A DNA stretch of 63,424 bases, filler included, from Choristocarpus tenellus KU-1152 (taxonomy: Eukaryota; Protista; Phaeophyceae): the NCBI GenBank assembly GCA_964200185.2. It is 12 parts of 12 records of this genome, joined end to end, with 100 filler letters (N's around TTAATTAATTAA, not from the genome) between each part and the next. Parts side by side here need not be neighbours in the genome. Positions count along the whole stretch, not along the records: positions 15,421 to 29,484 come from CAXNAD020001287.1; positions 29,585 to 37,735 come from CAXNAD020005074.1; positions 37,836 to 41,150 come from CAXNAD020020861.1; 9 more parts are not named here. The stretch is one strand, 5' to 3'. The position numbers were made by a program, and so were the translations under genes. This document shows, one piece after another, positions 24,447 to 37,936 of the stretch. How positions within the stretch are numbered: the first letter of the stretch is position 1; every line of letters begins with the position of its first letter. Below the pieces are notes generated by a model, which ran no database searches, was not told where the DNA came from, and was given only the letters and a program-made list of their open reading frames with translations.

Positions 24447-25575
24447 CAGTTTTTTCCATCTCTTCGCAGCTGCCATGGCTGCTGCCGTTGTAGGACCCCC
24501 CACATTTGCATTGGAGGCCAGAGCGAGTTCCTTGAAGGGTAGACGAATGAGACGACCAATGCCAACCATGAATCCAAAGTGTACAGCAATCTGACAATAT
24601 GTAAGTAGAGAGGGATATGTCAGAGTAGTGGTGGGTGAGATGTTGATGCTATGAAGATGAATCAATCGCATTCTCCTGCCGTTCAACCCACTGCCCTACA
24701 AGTTTCCTCCCATACCTCGCCTGAAAATACAAGGTAGTACTGCATGTGGTTTAGTGCACCAAGCAAGACTCCCCTCAAAATGAACACTAATCGAATATAT
24801 ATATACGTATGTACATAGTACATACACAGCCAACATCGTCCATCATTCTAAACACAATATAGCCCCAACACCTGCAACATAGATGTGACCTCACTTCCAC
24901 CTCAAACACTAACCCCATCCTACCCTACACCCTTACACAACTTGTGACCAAAATCCTGTATATCATGTCCAATACCATACACCATACACCATACACCAGT
25001 GTTCCCTCTCCACAAAAACATAAATCCCATTAGCTGGACTAGCCCAACCTCTCTGTACCTGGGGCCCCTACCCTCAACATGGCCTTTATCGTCATATTAC
25101 CATCCCAATACTGAGCCCTATCCCTGACCCCAATTATTTACTTGTGCAGTATGGTTCACTTATTGCTCGACTATGAATATTTGAAACTTTTTGGGGGTCT
25201 CGGAGGTCTAAATATTCAAATTATACAAGATCCATACTAAGTCATTACACAACAAGGTAAGCCTTCCTTTTACTATGAAAACACTCTTACGTTTGAATCA
25301 ACTACTGCTCCACTGAGGATGAAGTATTTCACCACAGCAATACATAGAATAAACACACGCAATACATACACACTATGCCGTTACGCATTCATTCAGAAAA
25401 CTAAAATGCACCACGGGGGAACAGAAAATAATCTACACTTCAAAGATTTCTTCACTATATTTGTCACCTGCACCAAGGAGAAGAGGAGGAGGGATGGGGC
25501 GGTCCTGACGACCACTGCCAGGCTGCCCTGAGCACCCGTCACAGCAAAAAAGAGCTGCATCAACAAAATACCCAT
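24447..25575 (-). CDS. DUF819 (YjcL-like) membrane protein, two internal exons (25575-25468, 24590-24447)
   Basis: MGILLMQLFFAVTGAQGSL...LVQ|IAVHFGFMVGIGRL...LALASNANVGGPTTAAAMAAAKRW; SNANVGGPTTA is the family signature; phase-0 GT-AG; other exons not found. Confidence 0.88.
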
Positions 25576-25808
25576 CTAGTTCAGCACACAATTACAAAAG
25601 AGGGCCAGTGCCAACAAGGGGAGAGAGAGGGCGCATAATATCAGAGTGTGTGTGCATGGAAGGCAATCACACAAATGTCCATCTTCGTATTTTGTGAAAT
25701 GGGTGGGGTGACAAGTGGCAAGGTACGAACGATATCGGCGTCCATTTGGATGATGATACACTTGTTTGGTGTCAAACTTGGAAATATGTACAAATTTACT
25801 TACATATA

Positions 25809-27454
25809 CAGCAGGTGTACCTATATAAGAGAGGTCAATATAAGAGAAAACGGGATATAAGAGAGGGTAAATTGCCTCGTCACAACGTTTCAGGCTATAA
25901 GAGAGGTTTCGACGTTTTCCTACCAATTCTCTCTTATATAGAGCAAACTGGCATTTGTTTTCACAACTTGACGGAAGGGTTTCCCAAAAAGCCATGTCTA
26001 GAGTTAGGCAAAATATAACAAAGTAAGGCACGAACCTGCTCGAGACCAGCAGGACACAGTATAGCAGTCTCTTGTCTCTCACCACTGTACAGTGCAGTAC
26101 GTACAGTATATCACATCAAGTTTAGACGACTGCATTCTACAGATATAACGTGCCCTGAACGGTGGGATCCAGCTGCAACATACAGGGTAATACTCCTGGT
26201 CCATCGCACTATACATGCCATATGCGTCGCGTTTGTAGCGACAATATTAATGACACTTCCAATGTCATGGATCCTTTTGGTACCAGCGAAATGAAACGCG
26301 TGTGCAAATTGTGTGTGAGCTCCACCATGCGCAAGGCTTCGAGTCCTCCAGCCGATGACAACACAGCGACGAAACGCCACAAAAAGAAAAACAAGGGCAA
26401 GGGGAAGGTACTGCCAAATAAATCCACGGAGAAAGACGCGTCCCACAAGCCTCACCGTCACGACAATTGTAAACGCTTGAGCTTTGCAGAGAAGGTGGAA
26501 ACATCGATGCTCCTGAAGAACATGATAGGGGAACTGCGGTTGCTCGAAAGTTTGGAATCGGTCGCAGCACCCTCTACAAGTTTCGATGGGTTTATGGGAG
26601 GGGACAGCACATCAGGGGTTTTGTGAGGAAAGGGGAAGCTTCTTCAGTGTTCTCAATTCCTTCACCGTCGTACTCTCAAGTGGCTGACGAGTTTGCAACC
26701 TTAGAAACAGCTGCTGAAGAGTGCAGCTTGAACGATGTTTCGTACCAATTCCGGAAAGCAAAGTTGGCTTGGCTCAGTGCAATTGGGGCAAGGGCAATCA
26801 AACAAGCGGAGATCCCTGATTTTTTTAGTAGCAAATAAGTAGTTTTACTCAGTGCGTGTGATGGAGGGTCCATGGTGGTGCAGCTGCATTTGATCCACGG
26901 TGGCGTTTTTGATACTGCACTGTATAATATCCTTGTAGAGTTCAATTGAATACCTAGGGCAGGGCATCGGGGGGAGATTGGCTTTGAACGTTGATTTAAT
27001 TTGACCTGCCGGTCGTCTGTCCAGCCATCCAACGGCTTGCGGATGCTTTTCTTGGGAAGGTGTACTATACATATGAATACATTGTAATGAGTGTAATTTA
27101 CCAAAGGTACAGTACTATGTACATATGACACTTAGTATACCATGCAGGGGTATTGTAGAAGCGGTGCTTGCTGCACGACCATAGCTTCATCGATATGGTC
27201 TCACTGAGGGCAATGTTCAATACGCTACTCTTGAAGGCACATGGGAAGCACATACAGCAGGGGCGTCGCTCTGTCATCATTCAGGTACAAGTAAAAAGTG
27301 CCTACGGGCACCGTTGCTCGATATAACATAGGTTTCTCCTATCATGATCCCTCAGTTTAAGAGAAAGGCGCCCTTATATACAATAAGAAAGGATTGGGAT
27401 ATAAGAGAAGGGCTTTTCGCTTGGCCCTAACCTCTCTTATATAGGTACACCCTG
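25809..27454 (+). mobile_element. Internally deleted pogo/Tigger-like (Tc1/mariner superfamily) DNA transposon
   Basis: TA|CAGCAGGTGTACCTATATAAGAGAGG ... CCTCTCTTATATAGGTACACCCTG|TA (TIRs, TA TSD); ORF has KRLSFAEKVE (HTH start) joined to a C-terminal ...KQAEIPDFF tail; no DDD core. Confidence 0.8.
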
Positions 27455-28244
27455 TATATACTTCATGACATGTGTTTATTGTGCTCTAAAAATTATCTTC
27501 AGTAACTGAGAGAAATAGAGCAAATGTTTCTTGTGTGGAAATTGAAAGAAGTAGACGTGAAGCAGAAAAATTGTAAACTTTCTCGCAGTAAACAGGAAAG
27601 ACATTGAACTCCAGAATCTTGTGAGGAAACAAACATCCAATTCATCCCCCAAACGCTTCTTGCCTTAGGAAATGAAAGGCGTCCAGCACAAATGCACTCT
27701 ATATTCTGGGGGGCTTTGAGGGGAGGGCGAAATTCCATTACTTTGGCTACATTGCATGGACTTCTGTACCTCCAACCCTTGGAGACGATTCACCCCCTAC
27801 AAAACATCTTCAAGTAATGCATTGTCCCTTACCCTTTGCAGGTAGTGAATTGAGCAAAGCTCATTGCGTGTGTGATGAGTAAGTAAAAAGAACAAATTCT
27901 CCCTCTGCTCCGTAAGTTTGAGGGATTATGTTCAGAGTCAGATATCTCAAGATCTAGAACGATTGGGAACATAAACAGCAGCTCATACCTTATAATTTTA
28001 ATTTTGATTCCCGAACAGTTCGAAAAGTAGAACCGAAAACCGGAAATTTTCGGGCCTTTTCAGGTGGAAAGTACTGGCTCCAAAGGTGCAAACTACCAGC
28101 CCCACCACCTCAAACAACAACGAGCGCACTAGAACAGGTAAGGCAAGCCTCGTGCAGAGGTGCTAGTAGTGAGCCTGGTAGCCCCACAGGCCACGTGCAG
28201 AGCCCATCCAGTCGTGTAGAGAGCCCAACAACCTACAAAACGGG

Positions 28245-29110
28245 ATGCCAACTGAGCGAGGCCGGTCACTGTGGCCTCGCTGTGAGGTACGCCATGGACC
28301 TCCCTCTAGGGGCAAAGCGCCCATCCAATCACATTGGCAGAGCCCTGGCGGAGGAGTTCAATGTCGGCAATGAATTATCCTGTGCACCTCTGGAAATGGG
28401 TCACCGAACATCTCGATTAAGGGCACACGCTCGACCTGGTAACAACAAAAAAGGTCAGGTTGGCCCTTGGACTTCACCCCGCCCAAGATCATGAAGAGAT
28501 ACAGGAAATCAACATGGAGAATCGTACCATAAGTACCATAAGCGGACCATGACAAAGACTCATGAGAGGCGGGAGTACAAGGGCTATGCGGTGATCGACT
28601 ACGTATGGTACCAGAGTTGTACACAGAGACGGGCGGACGATCAACCAGACGATGCCCTGGTTACGTCATGAGGACACGATCATGCAGCAGAATGGCGTCA
28701 TGCTCCACACAGGCCATGGCACACCATCGGAGCTCAAGGAGGTTGGCAGGGAGGGGGGATGGAATATCAAGCTCGCGATGCAGCCAGCGCAATCGCCAGA
28801 CCTGGACGTAAACAATCTGGGGTTTTTGGAGTCCCTCAAAAGTAGAGTCTGGAAGGGGGTTACGACACAATTGACGGGATGGTTGAGGGCACTTTGATTA
28901 CGTTCGACGAGTACGACCGTGAGATGCTAGACAGGGTGTGGCAGAGCCTTTTGAAGAGGTGCACACAAGTGCTCAAAGCACAGTGTGGTGTTGACGATTT
29001 CAAGGCCGAGCAAACAGGAAGCAAGCAAAGGCAGAGAAGGGGGGAGGTGGTGAGAGTGGTGGAAATTGACAAAGACACAAACAAAGCGACACTTCCTTGG
29101 TGAATTGATG
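28245..29110 (+). mobile_element. Decayed mariner-type (DD39D-like) transposase
   Basis: MPWL...MQQNGVMLH...WNIKLAMQPAQSPDLDVNNLGFLESLKS matches QQDNA.PH...QPPNSPDLN.LDLGFF; frameshifts. Confidence 0.8.
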
Positions 29111-29398
29111 CAGAGGAGGACAGTGCAGACGATGGATTTTTATCGGAAAAACATCGAGGTATCCAGCGCAACAATCCGTTTTGCAATCGGAGTTGATCTA
29201 GAGGAGTTATACACACAATCCTACAAACTTATGGAACGGACGGAGTATAAACAAAAAAATCTGATCGAGAAGTTTTAATTGCAATGTCGGATCCTTTTTT
29301 TTTTGCAAAATTGACCGAAAACATCGTCACAATCCACAACTTGTATCAATGCATGTCCTGATTTGAGGCACATTGTATGTGTCAAGGTGTGTGTGTGT

Positions 29399-29484
29399 GA
29401 CCCAAAGTATCTGGGGGGGGGGAGTGTCTACACCAGGTTGTCCATTTGGGCCAAAATCAGGAAAAGTGTATTTACATTGTCCAT
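29399..29484. mobile_element. MITE family 2, cut by contig end
   Basis: GACCCAAAGTATCTG(n)...GTCCATTTGGG. Confidence 0.8.
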
Positions 29485-29584
29485 NNNNNNNNNNNNNNNN
29501 NNNNNNNNNNNNNNNNNNNNNNNNNNNNTTAATTAATTAANNNNNNNNNNNNNNNNNNNNNNNNNNNNNNNNNNNNNNNNNNNN

Positions 29585-29650
29585 TCCTCTCCCTCCTACC
29601 ATGTGGGTAGCCAGCTCATCCAGGAAGCATTCCGCTTGCTTGCCGAGGCG
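29585..29650 (-). mobile_element. CRE-like non-LTR fragment
   Basis: RLGKQAECFLDELATHMVGGR, homologous to about 17240-17290. Confidence 0.55.
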
Positions 29651-30762
29651 CCCAAAACCGATTCACCCTTTCGTTCCCCAAAGGATTATTCTGCGAAATT
29701 GCTAATGGTGGGCGAATTTGGGTTCAGTTTCTTTGGGGAATCAAAATGACATATTCTGGACTCCGATTTGGTGTAGGACATTAGGGAGGAGAGTTGGGAG
29801 CGGTTGTTCAAACAAATCAATGAGTTGATCTTCACCTAGGTATCCCCCCCGAAAAAAGAGTTTCATATGTATGGGGCATCCGGGAGTCCACGGTATACAC
29901 TCGATAGTGCAAAACTAGGTGATGGCCGCAGCCTTCCACGATTGTCCTTTCTCTGCCTTGAAATAACTTATAGCCACCGTAACTTGATTTTTGACTGGTT
30001 ATGTGAAAGGGAGAATTATCTCACCAAAATGTGGACCCATTCGACTGCCGTGAAGTCTTCTCGAGGAACCTATAGGAACTGCCCTGTGACGCTCGGGACC
30101 TCGATTGTAAATGAGTTGCTCAGAAGATCGCTGGTTGTCCTAAGAGAGTCAGACAAGAGTTGTTCGAGGAACTCGATGTGGAAAGAGGTTTAATTATCAC
30201 TGCATGGACGCGATGCATGAACGTGTTGAGCCGTCATGGCTGCTGCGGAAATTCTCGCGAGGTGTGGCCCTGGGCTGGAACCTCTCCAAATCACTGATTC
30301 CCAGTGGAACCTGTGCATCAGGCATGACTTCGATTTCCTGTACACTCTGAGAACCCGACATGTCGCGTACCTGAGGAAGTAAAAAGAACAACATGAAACA
30401 ACAATTGGTAATGTGAGTGTATGAATGGCGAGAAATAGCTACCTTAGCAATGTCTATACCACGGCAGTCAGAGACTACTCGTTTACGATCAGAGGTGTAT
30501 GGTGCCTCCATTGGAGCCACAGATGCCATCGTGCCAGCCCTTTTCTCCAAGTTAGGAGGCGGTGAAAGCGATCGAAGACCATCCGAGGAGACGACAAAAT
30601 CAAGCAGAAGAAAATCCAGTACACCAGTCCAAGACCATCCAAGGAGACGACAAAACCAAGCAGAAGAAAATCCGGGCCATAGTAGGGAGGTACCAAGAAT
30701 CCTAAGTGCTGAAGTGAATACTGATTTTCTCTCCACTTTGAAGAGACAAGGTAAGACCTCCA

Positions 30763-30865
30763 TGTTACAGCAAGCTCCAAACTGCTTACCTCCACGGGAT
30801 GTATAGCTCCAATCCACAGGCCTATAGATGGCGCTGATGCTCGTACAAGGCTCCCAGGATACTCC
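30763..30865 (+). mobile_element. LTR family A 5' fragment
   Basis: Starts TGTTACAGCAAGCTCC; near-identical to 3252-3334. Confidence 0.65.
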
Positions 30866-30919
30866 AACAAGAAAAAGGTCCAACGAACGTCAGGTCGTAA
30901 GCTTTGGAGCGTACTGTAG

Positions 30920-30961
30920 CATTCTCGCTGCACATTCTCGCTGCACATTCTCGCTGCACAT
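30920..30961 (+). repeat. 13-bp tandem repeat CATTCTCGCTGCA x3
   Basis: Read directly. Confidence 0.9.
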
Positions 30962-32219
30962 AATAAGTATATGTTCTTCATGATTTCGGGGTGAGAATGT
31001 CTAGAGAAGCTTTGAAATAGTACTATCTACAAGCACATAATAATAACTATATAACTTGACCTTTGAAGTACACATATTTCCACCTTAGACTATTAATATT
31101 ACAACACGTAGTTGACTTGGTCTGGACAAAGCAGAAAATAGTTAGAATGGCTGGCGATCATGTTCTGGACATGCAAGAAAAGGTTAGAATGGTCAGCTGG
31201 CGGACACGAACGGGCACAATTACCCGGTGGACATGGTCCGGACATGTTAGAGAATGCTAGAACTGGTCCAGATATGGGCTGGTGTAATACCTCATGGACA
31301 TGATCTGGACACATTAGAGAATGTTTGACCTGGTTCGGCTGGCGGACATGGACCGGGACATGTAAAATAATTGTTGGACGAGTTGGGCTGGCGGACTTGA
31401 CCATTTTAATTTGCGGGTCAGTAAAAAGTCTTGATTTTTCCAATGTGTTAGGTTCAGTTATCCTTCATCACTCATCCCTATGCCCCCTCCCTCGATTCTG
31501 TTTTTTTATCCTCTACATTGATAATGAGTCCTTACCAACATATTTCATATCTTTCTATAGGCCTCCTCCTCTTTAGGTGATTCAGTGCGAACCAAAGTAA
31601 ACGAGGGGTATTGAGGTTTTGACTGCTTTACATTTAAGCCTGTTTTTCAATCTTTTGCGATTCACCCATATTTCCGTGGATCTAACCCTAAGTTTGACTT
31701 ACGCATTTATTCCTCTATTGTTTGAACTTTTCCCTACCCCTGTTTACCTCTTGTTTACTTTGACTCTGTAAGGTAGTAGAATACAAGAAGAGCACTTTCG
31801 CAGTGCACATCTCATGTGGTCCATCAAAATCTGCTTCCCCGTGCCCAACGTCTAGATTTAGCGGTTGGGTGTCAAAACCAGACACTTCCACGACTACTTG
31901 GATAAAGGTACTGGTGGAGAAACCTCTGAAGAGGTAATACAAAATAAATTAGTTCCTAGTGTACATATCATCATGGTCGTTTTAAAACATGTTTTTCGAT
32001 AGTTTTTGGGTGAACGTGGCAGTCTGTTGCACTCACTAAAATAATTATGTTTTAGACTACGTAGTAGTAGCGTCTGAGATAGATTGTTACGCCTACTCAC
32101 CGAAAAAATGTCCTTATACGATGTCTCTAAGTATGACACAGCATGGTGTCTTAAGATATGGGTTTCACTCCGATACATACTTAGGTCCCTGTCAGATTTC
32201 ATAATGGTCATGAATCGAC

Positions 32220-34260
32220 CTCATGCAAACAGTGGAGCTCCTGATGCATGAAGTGACCGCTCCATGACTAAGGGACGGGAACTATTCACCTGGGGCTGTT
32301 AGAGCACCCAAGCTCCTCCATCTGATCTCTGGACTACTTCTAGCCAATGATGGAGTTCTCCAGGGATGAACGTTTCACCTGTCTAGCCTCAGGGAATATT
32401 CAGGAGCTGACCACCTGGCCATTGAAACAGTCCCAGAGGATAAACAGATACCAGGAGCCCCGAGGTCAAGACCCCAAATCCTGCCAGGAACAGGATGAGG
32501 CATCGGCCAACACCATGGAGGTATCTCCTAGGGGGCAAGGATTCTCCTAGCGCAGCCCAGAGCTGGGGATGGACAAGATTTTCAGAATACTACTTCCCCA
32601 AGCACCCCAACGAGAGGTGGTATGACCTAGGGCAAGCTGTTATGGAACCTGAGGACAGAGTAGCAACGGACACAGAGTCTGCGGAGCAATGGTATCTCCC
32701 CAATAGGGGGGAATATACCCCAACCTCCCTCTGCATGGCTTCCTTGCAAGTGAACAATAACTATGCACCAGGCCCTGATGGGATGCACCCCAGTCCTGTC
32801 TGATCGGCCATTATGACAAATGTCAGAAATGATGAAGTGTCAGTAATGAGGAAGTGTCAAGAGGTGTTTGGCGAGTTATGGGAGCTTGAAGCTCAGCAGA
32901 CTCTTAACCTCCTGAGTTTTTTGGAAGCTCCACACTACATCCATACTGTCAGCAATCGGGGCAAAGTGTTGCTCAGTCGCCTTTGGTTCTTTCTTCAGGA
33001 GGGCAAATGTGCTTCAGCCTTCTGTGTGGACTGGTACCCGTACCCTGAGGAACGTTTTTGGATATACAGGGCAGTTTGGAATAGGGGTCCCAAATGGGGT
33101 TAAGAGTGCTCTGTAGGACATTCACCTAAGAATCGAGTTTGAAAATATTCTATCAACAGCATTCAGTGCTCAGCTTTCATCGAGGCCCCCCTGAAGTCCT
33201 ATCAGGACCCCAGCCGTACGATGTATCCAAGGTATACAGGGGTACCCATGATCTTATTTCCCATTGAGTGGAGTAGATATGAAATATTGTCCTCAAGGAA
33301 AGGGGCACAACAAGGAGATCCCCTCGGACCCTTGCTCCACTGCATGGTCACAGTCAAGGCTCTCCAGCAGGTCCAGTCCACCTTCGGACCCCAAGGGGTT
33401 TCTTCCCGAAGCTTCCTGAATGAGGAATCCATCTCCGCAAGGGAGATAAACCCCGCTGCTATAGCTGCTCTTGAGCAGTTGAAAACAGACTTTAATGGGG
33501 TGGTCATTGTACTAAACATGCATACGACATACGCCATACCACCTCCAACCACCAGCCCATGCCCTCAGAACTGGAACTCCTAGCTATCGTGGAAATCAAC
33601 CCGACTCCGGCTCCAAATAGTTTTGTCACATTGGGGGCTCCGGTAGGGACAGATGAATTTATCCAAGCCCACATGATCGGGGTGAATTAGAGCTTGGACT
33701 CACGAATGCTCGCCCTGCACCAATGTAAGATGGAGGATTAGCAGATTACCTGACTCTCAACATCTGATACTTTCCTTTCCGTTTGGGGTATTTTGCGAGT
33801 GTCATTCCTCCCCACCCGGCATGCTCCACCATGGAACAAACTGACAACACCTCGCTGTGGAACTCTGGAGAGATAGTAGAAGTAACAAACTCAGCTGGGT
33901 TCATTGAGTTCTTCGATAGGGTATGTGAAAATGGATCTCTTCGTCTTGAAATACACGAAGATACTCAGGGGGCTTAGGCTCATCTTTTGATAATAAGACA
34001 CCGCCACCATGCAGCTTTTGTAGCATCACTAGTGGTGGTCACTCTCCCCACCCTCCTAGGAAGGCAGCAATGACCCCATAAAGAAGTGTTTTCTCACGGC
34101 ATTTGTGCGAGTCTCACAGTCCAGGCCCTAAAATTGTCGATACACACCCCTCTCTCATTAGGACTCCCTTTGAAGGACTCCAGGGATTGCTATTCAAGAC
34201 TGCGTAGACTGAGCAAGAGGTTCACACTATGGCTCATGATGCCGGGATCATGAGGAGGCA
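32220..34260 (+). mobile_element. Decayed CRE-like non-LTR retrotransposon, reverse-transcriptase region
   Basis: APGPDGM, SRKGAQQGDPLGPLLHC, SFLNE (decayed YLDD), VTLGAPVGTDEFI; many stops and frameshifts. Confidence 0.8.
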
Positions 34261-35869
34261 CAACATAAAAGCACCCGCCTTCTGAACTGGGTACGATTCG
34301 ACTCCTTTCAGATGCAACTGGTCAACCCCCTGGCTGATGCAGAAGAAGAAGAGAGGGAAAGTATTTTGATAGTTCCAGTCTGCCACCCAGAGCCAGTGTG
34401 GGCAAGGCAGTCAAGGGTGAAACAAACCAAAAAGGTAACCAGAAAAAAATACTGAAAGTGCAAAGGAGAAGAGTAGAGAGTATATACTAGAAGTACGAAA
34501 GGGAGAAGACAATGAAAAGAATGAACCATGCAACGTAACACCCATGCAATAGGGATATAGAAGAAAGTGTTGAAAGACAAGTCAAGGTAAGTATATGAGA
34601 CATCACGAAAACAGGTCCAAAAAAGTCAGAAAATTCCTATGCTGCAGTAGATCCTCTTAGGGTTAGGAGCGCATCTCATGCATCAACAGGTAGGAGCGAT
34701 TATTTTTGGCGACTTCATCTGGTTTTGCTTCACCACAACCTCCAAAACACAGCATCGCCAAAAGTTGTGGCATCTATGCACCGAACCCTATGGGGAAACA
34801 GGGAAGAGTGATTCCTCCACCTGTTTTAATTTTGACATCTAGGTTTATCTATAGTAATTCATGTATTGGCGCAAACTACTTTGTTGGAGCAAGTAGAGCT
34901 CATCATACCACTTGTCGTTATGTTGGTTGATCTTCTCTGAGTCTGAGCGTTTGCCACGAACAGATATAAACAAGATTTTGCACTTGAAAGGAGTTGGCTG
35001 CTCCCTTTGGTTCCAAAATTATGACTGAGGTCCTGGCGTGCTAGATGGGAGAGAACTACTTCCACCAATGAAGATTCTCAAACCTATGAAATCGCAGTAA
35101 TCGTCCTCTCGATGTCCATCCTGCAAATTCTTATTACATTCAGCCTAGTCGATACATTTGCGTCCGATTTCCACTTGTTGCTACGTTAAATACGTATTAT
35201 TATCCAGTAACTATGGATTATTATTTGCACTCCTTTTTGACGACTATTCTTACTAATCACTGTCATGTTAAAAAAAAGATGTGAGAGTCATTGCTGAAAG
35301 CATGATTTCCCTCCATCAGGCAACCAAACTTGGATCAAATGATTGAATACGACCAAACGTTGCAACCTTCCTTTGCCATCTGTTGAAAATAATGCATAAT
35401 TATAATATGCAGTATGTGCATGTGCCTGTTTCAAACCACTCAGGAAATCTGATACAGAGGGTCCATACAGAGAACACACCTGGTCCTCAAAATTGACAGG
35501 AAAATAGGGAGGGATACCTCATCTGTCAATAAAATTTTCCCATGCAATACTCCCCTAAAACCATGAAAAGTAATACAAAATTTCCCAAGTAATACTCCCA
35601 TAAAAACATGGAAAGCAATAAAAAACGTTCCAGATAAAACTCCCCCAAAGAATGGGAACTACTCCTTGCATAGCCTCGAAACAGTACATCTAGAGGGTGC
35701 TTTCCCCTCATCGGTGTGGCAATGACCTTGCCTAAATTTATGCAAAGATATGACCTTTCTATTGTACGTTTCTAACGTCTTCCAAACTACATACAACGTA
35801 TGTAGTCAGTACTAGTCCCCTCGTTCATATAGAGGTCTCCATGGATGGTGTCGACTTGCCCCTTGATGC

Positions 35870-37346
35870 CTACTTCAAACCCCCCTATGTCCTGCAGGTA
35901 TGTTGCAAGGAAGGAAGAGTATGCGCTCACAAACAACTTTTGTCCCTTCCTGCCGCTCCTGAACTAAGAGCAACTCTACCACAGTTCCAAATATAATAAG
36001 CCATCCCATCCAGTGACAATACATTGACGCACTTCCTGGTACGGTTATCATAATGGTCCAATGTTAGGTTCAATACGTTGACCTACGCTCTAACCATCAC
36101 CTTGTCAGAAGTTTGGCTATTGGCAGGGGATTTGGTGACACCAGCCCTCGTCTTAAGGGCTCATGTCGCGACTGAGCCCGAGGTTTAGCTGAAGTTGCAG
36201 GTGGTGTTACTGGCCTTCCATGGTCAGAATTAGGATGGGAGTTACCAGCACCATTAGATTTCCGTGCCGACCTTGACTGGAGCCTCGCCTGCTTTCGCAA
36301 TTCATACATACATTGCTCGCCTAAGCGAACGCATCGGCTACATGGTAAATGCCCACCACATGCCTTCTTCGCCCTGGTTTGTCATGGGATGCCGAGACAG
36401 AGAGAAGTAGTTGACTTTGAATAAAGATGTTCGAAGTATAAGGGCGCAACCGCTAGGATTTCTTATAGTGAACCTACAAGCATACCACACCGTCACATCC
36501 CAACGACACGAATTGGTGCTTGATCTTCAATGAGCAGTGATATCTTGAAGTGAAATTGATTTGGATTGGGCTAATGCATCTGCCATTCCAATCTAAACGG
36601 TATGTGCTTGACTTGCTTACAGTCACAAAGGGAACGAGGGCTTAGAATGCCGCTTTGGATTGGTCGATGAATGTCCTTTCTTCAGTCTAAGAACAGGATC
36701 AGTTGTGGGTTCTGGGCGTGTGAGCAATTAAATAATAGACGACTACAGGTGTCCTATGAACCAAAAGGAGGTTGTGAAGGCACTTGTTGTGTATTCTATG
36801 GTATTCTATGGTATGCTGGAACGATGCCTATTTCTTGAGGCGTAGTGCTCTATAGACCAGGAACACTTGGACTATCAGTGACATCCATGGAGTTCGCACT
36901 ACAAAACTAGAGCTCTATCGCTTCGTTCACAGGAAACAAACTTGTATAGCAAGAATTGGCACCGAACTGGGATAGGATAGATCTGTTGACCTCTTAAGTA
37001 TGGAAGGAAGATGAAGCATTCTGCTTACCTTACACATTGACTGCAGGCGCTGCGGAGTCTAGGTGGGGCTGGAGTCCTCTTCGTACCACGACTTGGCGTT
37101 TCCAGAGATGTTACAGTGGCTGCTACATCAGGGCTGGAGCTTGCAACTTGGGCAATTCCACTCGAGGTTGATGATGTATGGTCAGGCTGTGAACATCGTG
37201 GAGTGCTCGTGCTGCTAGGGCGGAGACGATAAACACCTGGGATTACGAACCTCTGGGCGACATCGACCTGTGGGTGAAGGCAGGTAGGCCTTGCGTTTCG
37301 TTGCCGAGTCTGTTGCTCACCACCTAATTGCCTCTTTGTCTGGAAC
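35870..37346 (-). CDS. Zn(II)2Cys6 (GAL4-type) binuclear-cluster transcription factor, partial (exons 37346-37029, 36373-36101, probable 35958-~35870; possible further exon 35479-35288)
   Basis: Splicing AG|GTAAG (37029) to CAG|G (36373) gives RLRSACSQCVRAKKACGGHLPCSRCVRLGEQCMYE = C-x2-C-x6-C-x5-C-x2-C-x6-C; exon phases consistent. Confidence 0.85.
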
Positions 37347-37889
37347 CTATTCATTGAACATACTAGTATCAATCCTCAAAAACACATTGTTTAGATGGGA
37401 TGAAAGGTCCGCAGAGTGACCAGAGTATATTGTGAGGAAATTGGAAGGGAAAATATTCCGTGTTGCTTTTTAACTGGAATGGAGAGTCCTGTGGTTGGTC
37501 AGTCCAGTGTTAAACAGGTGAAATTCCTATGATTTTACACGTTGATGTTATGACAATGACATCCTAGTCAGAATATAGGTTACAATCTTCTCTCACATTT
37601 TCTTCTGTGTTTAGGGACTCCAAAATTTACTTGCAGCTCCACCGGTGGTGGTCATGTGTCCCAGAACTTATTATCAACACCCTCCCTTATCAGGGGAATC
37701 TCAAAATTGAGGATGGTGCGGGACTATGAGGATGGNNNNNNNNNNNNNNNNNNNNNNNNNNNNNNNNNNNNNNNNNNNNTTAATTAATTAANNNNNNNNN
37801 NNNNNNNNNNNNNNNNNNNNNNNNNNNNNNNNNNNTTTTTTTTTTTTTCTGAGCTGCGGCCCGCCCAGCGGGCCGCCGCGCGGGTCGGT

Positions 37890-37936
<47 letters not shown>

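Noticed and set aside
30197-30806. Overlapping ORFs 30197-30883 (-) and 30417-30806 (+) as genes
   Set aside because: Splice-like signals occur on both strands but no domain is recognisable, and both ORFs overlap the LTR fragment; no product can be supported
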